IMG/VR virus record: IMGVR_UViG_3300044712_001463
Origin: a virus
Taxonomy: Duplodnaviria; Heunggongvirae; Uroviricota; Caudoviricetes
DNA length: 64,000 nt
Reading direction: 5' to 3' (one strand)
The translations under genes were made by a program, and so were the position numbers. The notes beneath the pieces are model-generated. The model was given only the letters and a program-made list of their open reading frames with translations. It ran no database searches and was not told the origin of the DNA. Shown here one piece after another: positions 61,868 to 64,000 of this stretch (position 1 is the first letter of the stretch; the number at the start of each line of letters is the position of its first letter).

Positions 61868-62152
61868 ATGAAATGGTCATACGAGGCTCCGCAGCAAGCA
61901 AATCCAAAATACTTTCCAGGTTGCCATTGGTTTAGCGTGGAAGACAAGAAGTTTCATATCTCCTTTCTAGTAGAAGTCCTTGTGTTTCCCAAAGAGGTCT
62001 ATAAAGCAAATGTTGGTTTTAAATCTCCAGAACATATTGAAAGTATTTATCAAAAGCAGTTTAAAGATTTGAACGCCGCAAAGAAATGGTGTGAAAGCAA
62101 AGTTCGTAGCACTATTGCCAATATGTTAAAACAGGTCCCGAAGACATTATGA
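61868..62152 (+). CDS. hypothetical protein
   Basis: 94 aa. Confidence 0.4.
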   Translation: MKWSYEAPQQANPKYFPGCHWFSVEDKKFHISFLVEVLVFPKEVYKANVGFKSPEHIESIYQKQFKDLNAAKKWCESKVRSTIANMLKQVPKTL

Positions 62153-62391
62153 TTAAGTCGATAAGACAATTCTTTTCAGGATGTCTTACTCCGATTTTAT
62201 TTTCGGCAGTATTTGTTATTGTATTTAACATTGGCGATATAGCAAAAAACCCCATGGTTTTCTTTAAAAGGTTTATAGAGCTTTGGGTAATCATAATAAC
62301 GGTTCTTTGGAAGTTCGTTTCTTTCTATTCAGTTTGGATTGTAACACATTTAGATGATATTCAAAATTGGTTAAGGAGCGCATTCCTATGA
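62149..62391 (+). CDS. membrane protein
   Basis: 2 TM. Confidence 0.4.
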   Translation: MIKSIRQFFSGCLTPILFSAVFVIVFNIGDIAKNPMVFFKRFIELWVIIITVLWKFVSFYSVWIVTHLDDIQNWLRSAFL

Positions 62392-62648
62392 ACAGGTTCG
62401 CAATGCTAAATAAAACAAAAGAAAGTGAATTAATAATTGCCCTAAAGACAAGAGTTGCTGAATTGGAAAAAGAAATACTGATTTTAAAAAATGAAAAAAG
62501 AGAATTAGAAGTAGCAAGGATAATAAATAGAGCTAGCACCAATAGGGCAACTTATGAATACAAACAAAGTGACGCCATGTCATCAAGGGATGATATGTCA
62601 AATCCTTTCAGTAATTTTAATGGAGGTCAAAATGAAGACGGTAGATGA
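62388..62648 (+). CDS. coiled-coil protein
   Basis: Start ATG 62388 (ATGA). Confidence 0.4.
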   Translation: MNRFAMLNKTKESELIIALKTRVAELEKEILILKNEKRELEVARIINRASTNRATYEYKQSDAMSSRDDMSNPFSNFNGGQNEDGR

Positions 62649-62898
62649 ACTCTGGAAGTCTTTTGAGAAGGCAATTATACCAGAAGGTGCGCCTGATTTA
62701 CAAAGGCGTGAAATGAAGAAGGCTTTCTATGGTGGTGCCTGGAGCATGATGCATACTTTTCTTGCAATGACTGAGATTGCGGAGAAGCTTGAAAAAGAAA
62801 ATAAGGGACAAGAAGCAAAGGAACAAGCAATGAATCAATTGGATGCAATAATGAAAGAGATGGAAGAATACATTTCATCTGAATCAAAGGGAGCATAG
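62632..62898 (+). CDS. hypothetical protein
   Basis: SD ggaggt; start ATG 62632. Confidence 0.4.
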   Translation: MKTVDELWKSFEKAIIPEGAPDLQRREMKKAFYGGAWSMMHTFLAMTEIAEKLEKENKGQEAKEQAMNQLDAIMKEMEEYISSESKGA

Positions 62899-62899
62899 A

Positions 62900-63133
62900 A
62901 TGATAACAAAAGATGATATCGTTCCAGGCGCAAGACTATATCTAGAGACAGATGAGATTAAGACCATCATATCTGTTAGCGAAATAACAGATGATGGTAA
63001 GGTTAATGGTGGAGTCATAACAAACTATAAGACTGGCAGATATGCTGGGGCTCATAGAATGTCTATGCTCGGTGCTGAAAACACCGTTGAGGAATGCGCT
63101 GAAATTTGGAAGGATTTCTCAAAGGGTGATTGA
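62900..63133 (+). CDS. hypothetical protein
   Basis: 77 aa. Confidence 0.4.
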   Translation: MITKDDIVPGARLYLETDEIKTIISVSEITDDGKVNGGVITNYKTGRYAGAHRMSMLGAENTVEECAEIWKDFSKGD

Positions 63134-63744
63134 TGCAAGCCAATAGAATTTACGATGTTTTTAATCGAGATTATGTCAAGAGGCTTTTTACAAAGAAAAA
63201 GTCTAGACAATTTTTATTGCCGCAAGGCTGTGTTTCTCCAAACGATGTAAAGGTGTATTCTCGTACATTTTCTATTACAGTAGCACGATTTATGCCCATG
63301 TCAGATTGGCAATTCAAAAGATGGTTTTATAAAAAAGTAAATAAACTTATAGATGCCGTTCATAGCGATAAGAATGCTGACACCTTTTATCATCGCGGTC
63401 TTTTAAATATTGAAACTAGGAATAATGTAAAATCCTTTAAGATACACTTTCAAATATATATAATTGGAGAATGGGCTCCAAAAGGATTCATTAAGAGAAA
63501 TAATAGGAAAATTAAGAACCAAGTTTTTACAGATGTTAATGGAAAGGTAATCAAGATTGTTGGCTACGATAATGGTTATTACATTACAGAACAAAAAGAG
63601 ATGATAAGCAGAAAAGACTTTAAACATTACCATAACATAACTCCTATTGTCAACGCACTTAAGAAACCATTGATGCGAGAAGTTTTATATCCCTCCGTCT
63701 CTAGGATTTTAAATGAAAATCATATCAAACAAAGTAAATCATAG
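63130..63744 (+). CDS. hypothetical protein
   Basis: 204 aa. Confidence 0.45.
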   Translation: MMQANRIYDVFNRDYVKRLFTKKKSRQFLLPQGCVSPNDVKVYSRTFSITVARFMPMSDWQFKRWFYKKVNKLIDAVHSDKNADTFYHRGLLNIETRNNVKSFKIHFQIYIIGEWAPKGFIKRNNRKIKNQVFTDVNGKVIKIVGYDNGYYITEQKEMISRKDFKHYHNITPIVNALKKPLMREVLYPSVSRILNENHIKQSKS

Positions 63745-64000
63745 TTTCAGGCGTGATGAGATTGTATGTCCTTATTGTCATAGTAAAAAGCATACCTATT
63801 CTCAATCTCATACACAAACTTTAGTTGGCGGAACTCCAGATCCAAATCATCACACTTTGATTTGCTTTTGTTCTTTTTGTGCCAAAAAGTTTGTAATGGA
63901 ATACAAGCATGCTAATGTTTGGTATTCAGAGCAGATGCCTGGTAGCAAGGATTTAAAACTACTTGCTGGTATCCCAAACTGTTTCGAAGATTGGGTTTAT
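63713..64000 (+). CDS. zinc-ribbon-like protein, 3' partial (runs off window)
   Basis: CPYCH...CFCSFC. Confidence 0.35.
   Translation, partial: MKIISNKVNHSFRRDEIVCPYCHSKKHTYSQSHTQTLVGGTPDPNHHTLICFCSFCAKKFVMEYKHANVWYSEQMPGSKDLKLLAGIPNCFEDWVY

Overview
This 64 kb window looks like accessory or early DNA from a large virulent phage (or a comparable mobile element). It contains no recognisable capsid, tail, terminase or replication genes. Coordinates for non-coding features were counted by eye and may be off by 1-2 nt. The window has four zones. (1) 1-8.6 kb, AT-rich: a 5'-truncated AAA ATPase, MnmA tRNA 2-thiouridylase, an HNH endonuclease, an SPFH/prohibitin-like protein, a Dam methyltransferase translationally coupled to a PD-(D/E)xK-like nuclease, and a HAD-family 5'-nucleotidase. 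Three of these genes are preceded by a perfect sigma70-type promoter. (2) 8.6-28.5 kb, about 33% GC: a tandem array of about 31 translationally coupled paralogous genes. Stop and start codons overlap as ATGA. Nearly every gene opens with the same 15-residue leader, MISYRANLFESLNKQ, and the first ~45 nt are near-identical between members. Behind the leader are several variable body subtypes, here called A-D, ending in an SH3-like 'FKVGD / KFKIGQ' module. Five members are fused two-module proteins in which the leader core ANLF(E/D)S(L/I)NK(Q/H) recurs internally after a KK dipeptide. (3) 28.5-55 kb, about 52% GC: a highly regular cassette array. Each cassette has a perfect-consensus promoter, TTGACA-16 bp-TATAAT(A), whose -35 box sits inside the palindrome ACTTG-A-CAAGT. 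This is followed by a conserved leader (ctctctaAGAGGtcGGTCATG), one to four small ORFs, and a rho-independent terminator. Between terminator and next promoter lies a conserved palindrome, CCTACTTA-N4-TAAGTAGG, present 14 times. Embedded in the array are seven tRNAs: Met/Ile-CAT (two copies), Arg-CCT, Arg-CCG, Lys-TTT, Gly-GCC and Phe-GAA. There is also a tRNA-like remnant with a TAT anticodon loop. Enzymes in the array include TilS, a metallophosphoesterase, a small radical-SAM protein and a WGR-domain protein. Four GC-rich homologues of the array family carry the leader variant MSLFDA(L/I)NK(H/Q). One promoter-terminator unit encodes only a structured RNA. (4) 55-64 kb, AT-rich: a 390 bp non-coding region with iteron-like repeats and a 10 bp inverted repeat, then about 30 small translationally coupled genes. 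Many of these are membrane, secreted or zinc-ribbon proteins, and they include paralog pairs. Most reverse-strand ORFs in the six-frame track are shadows of + strand genes.
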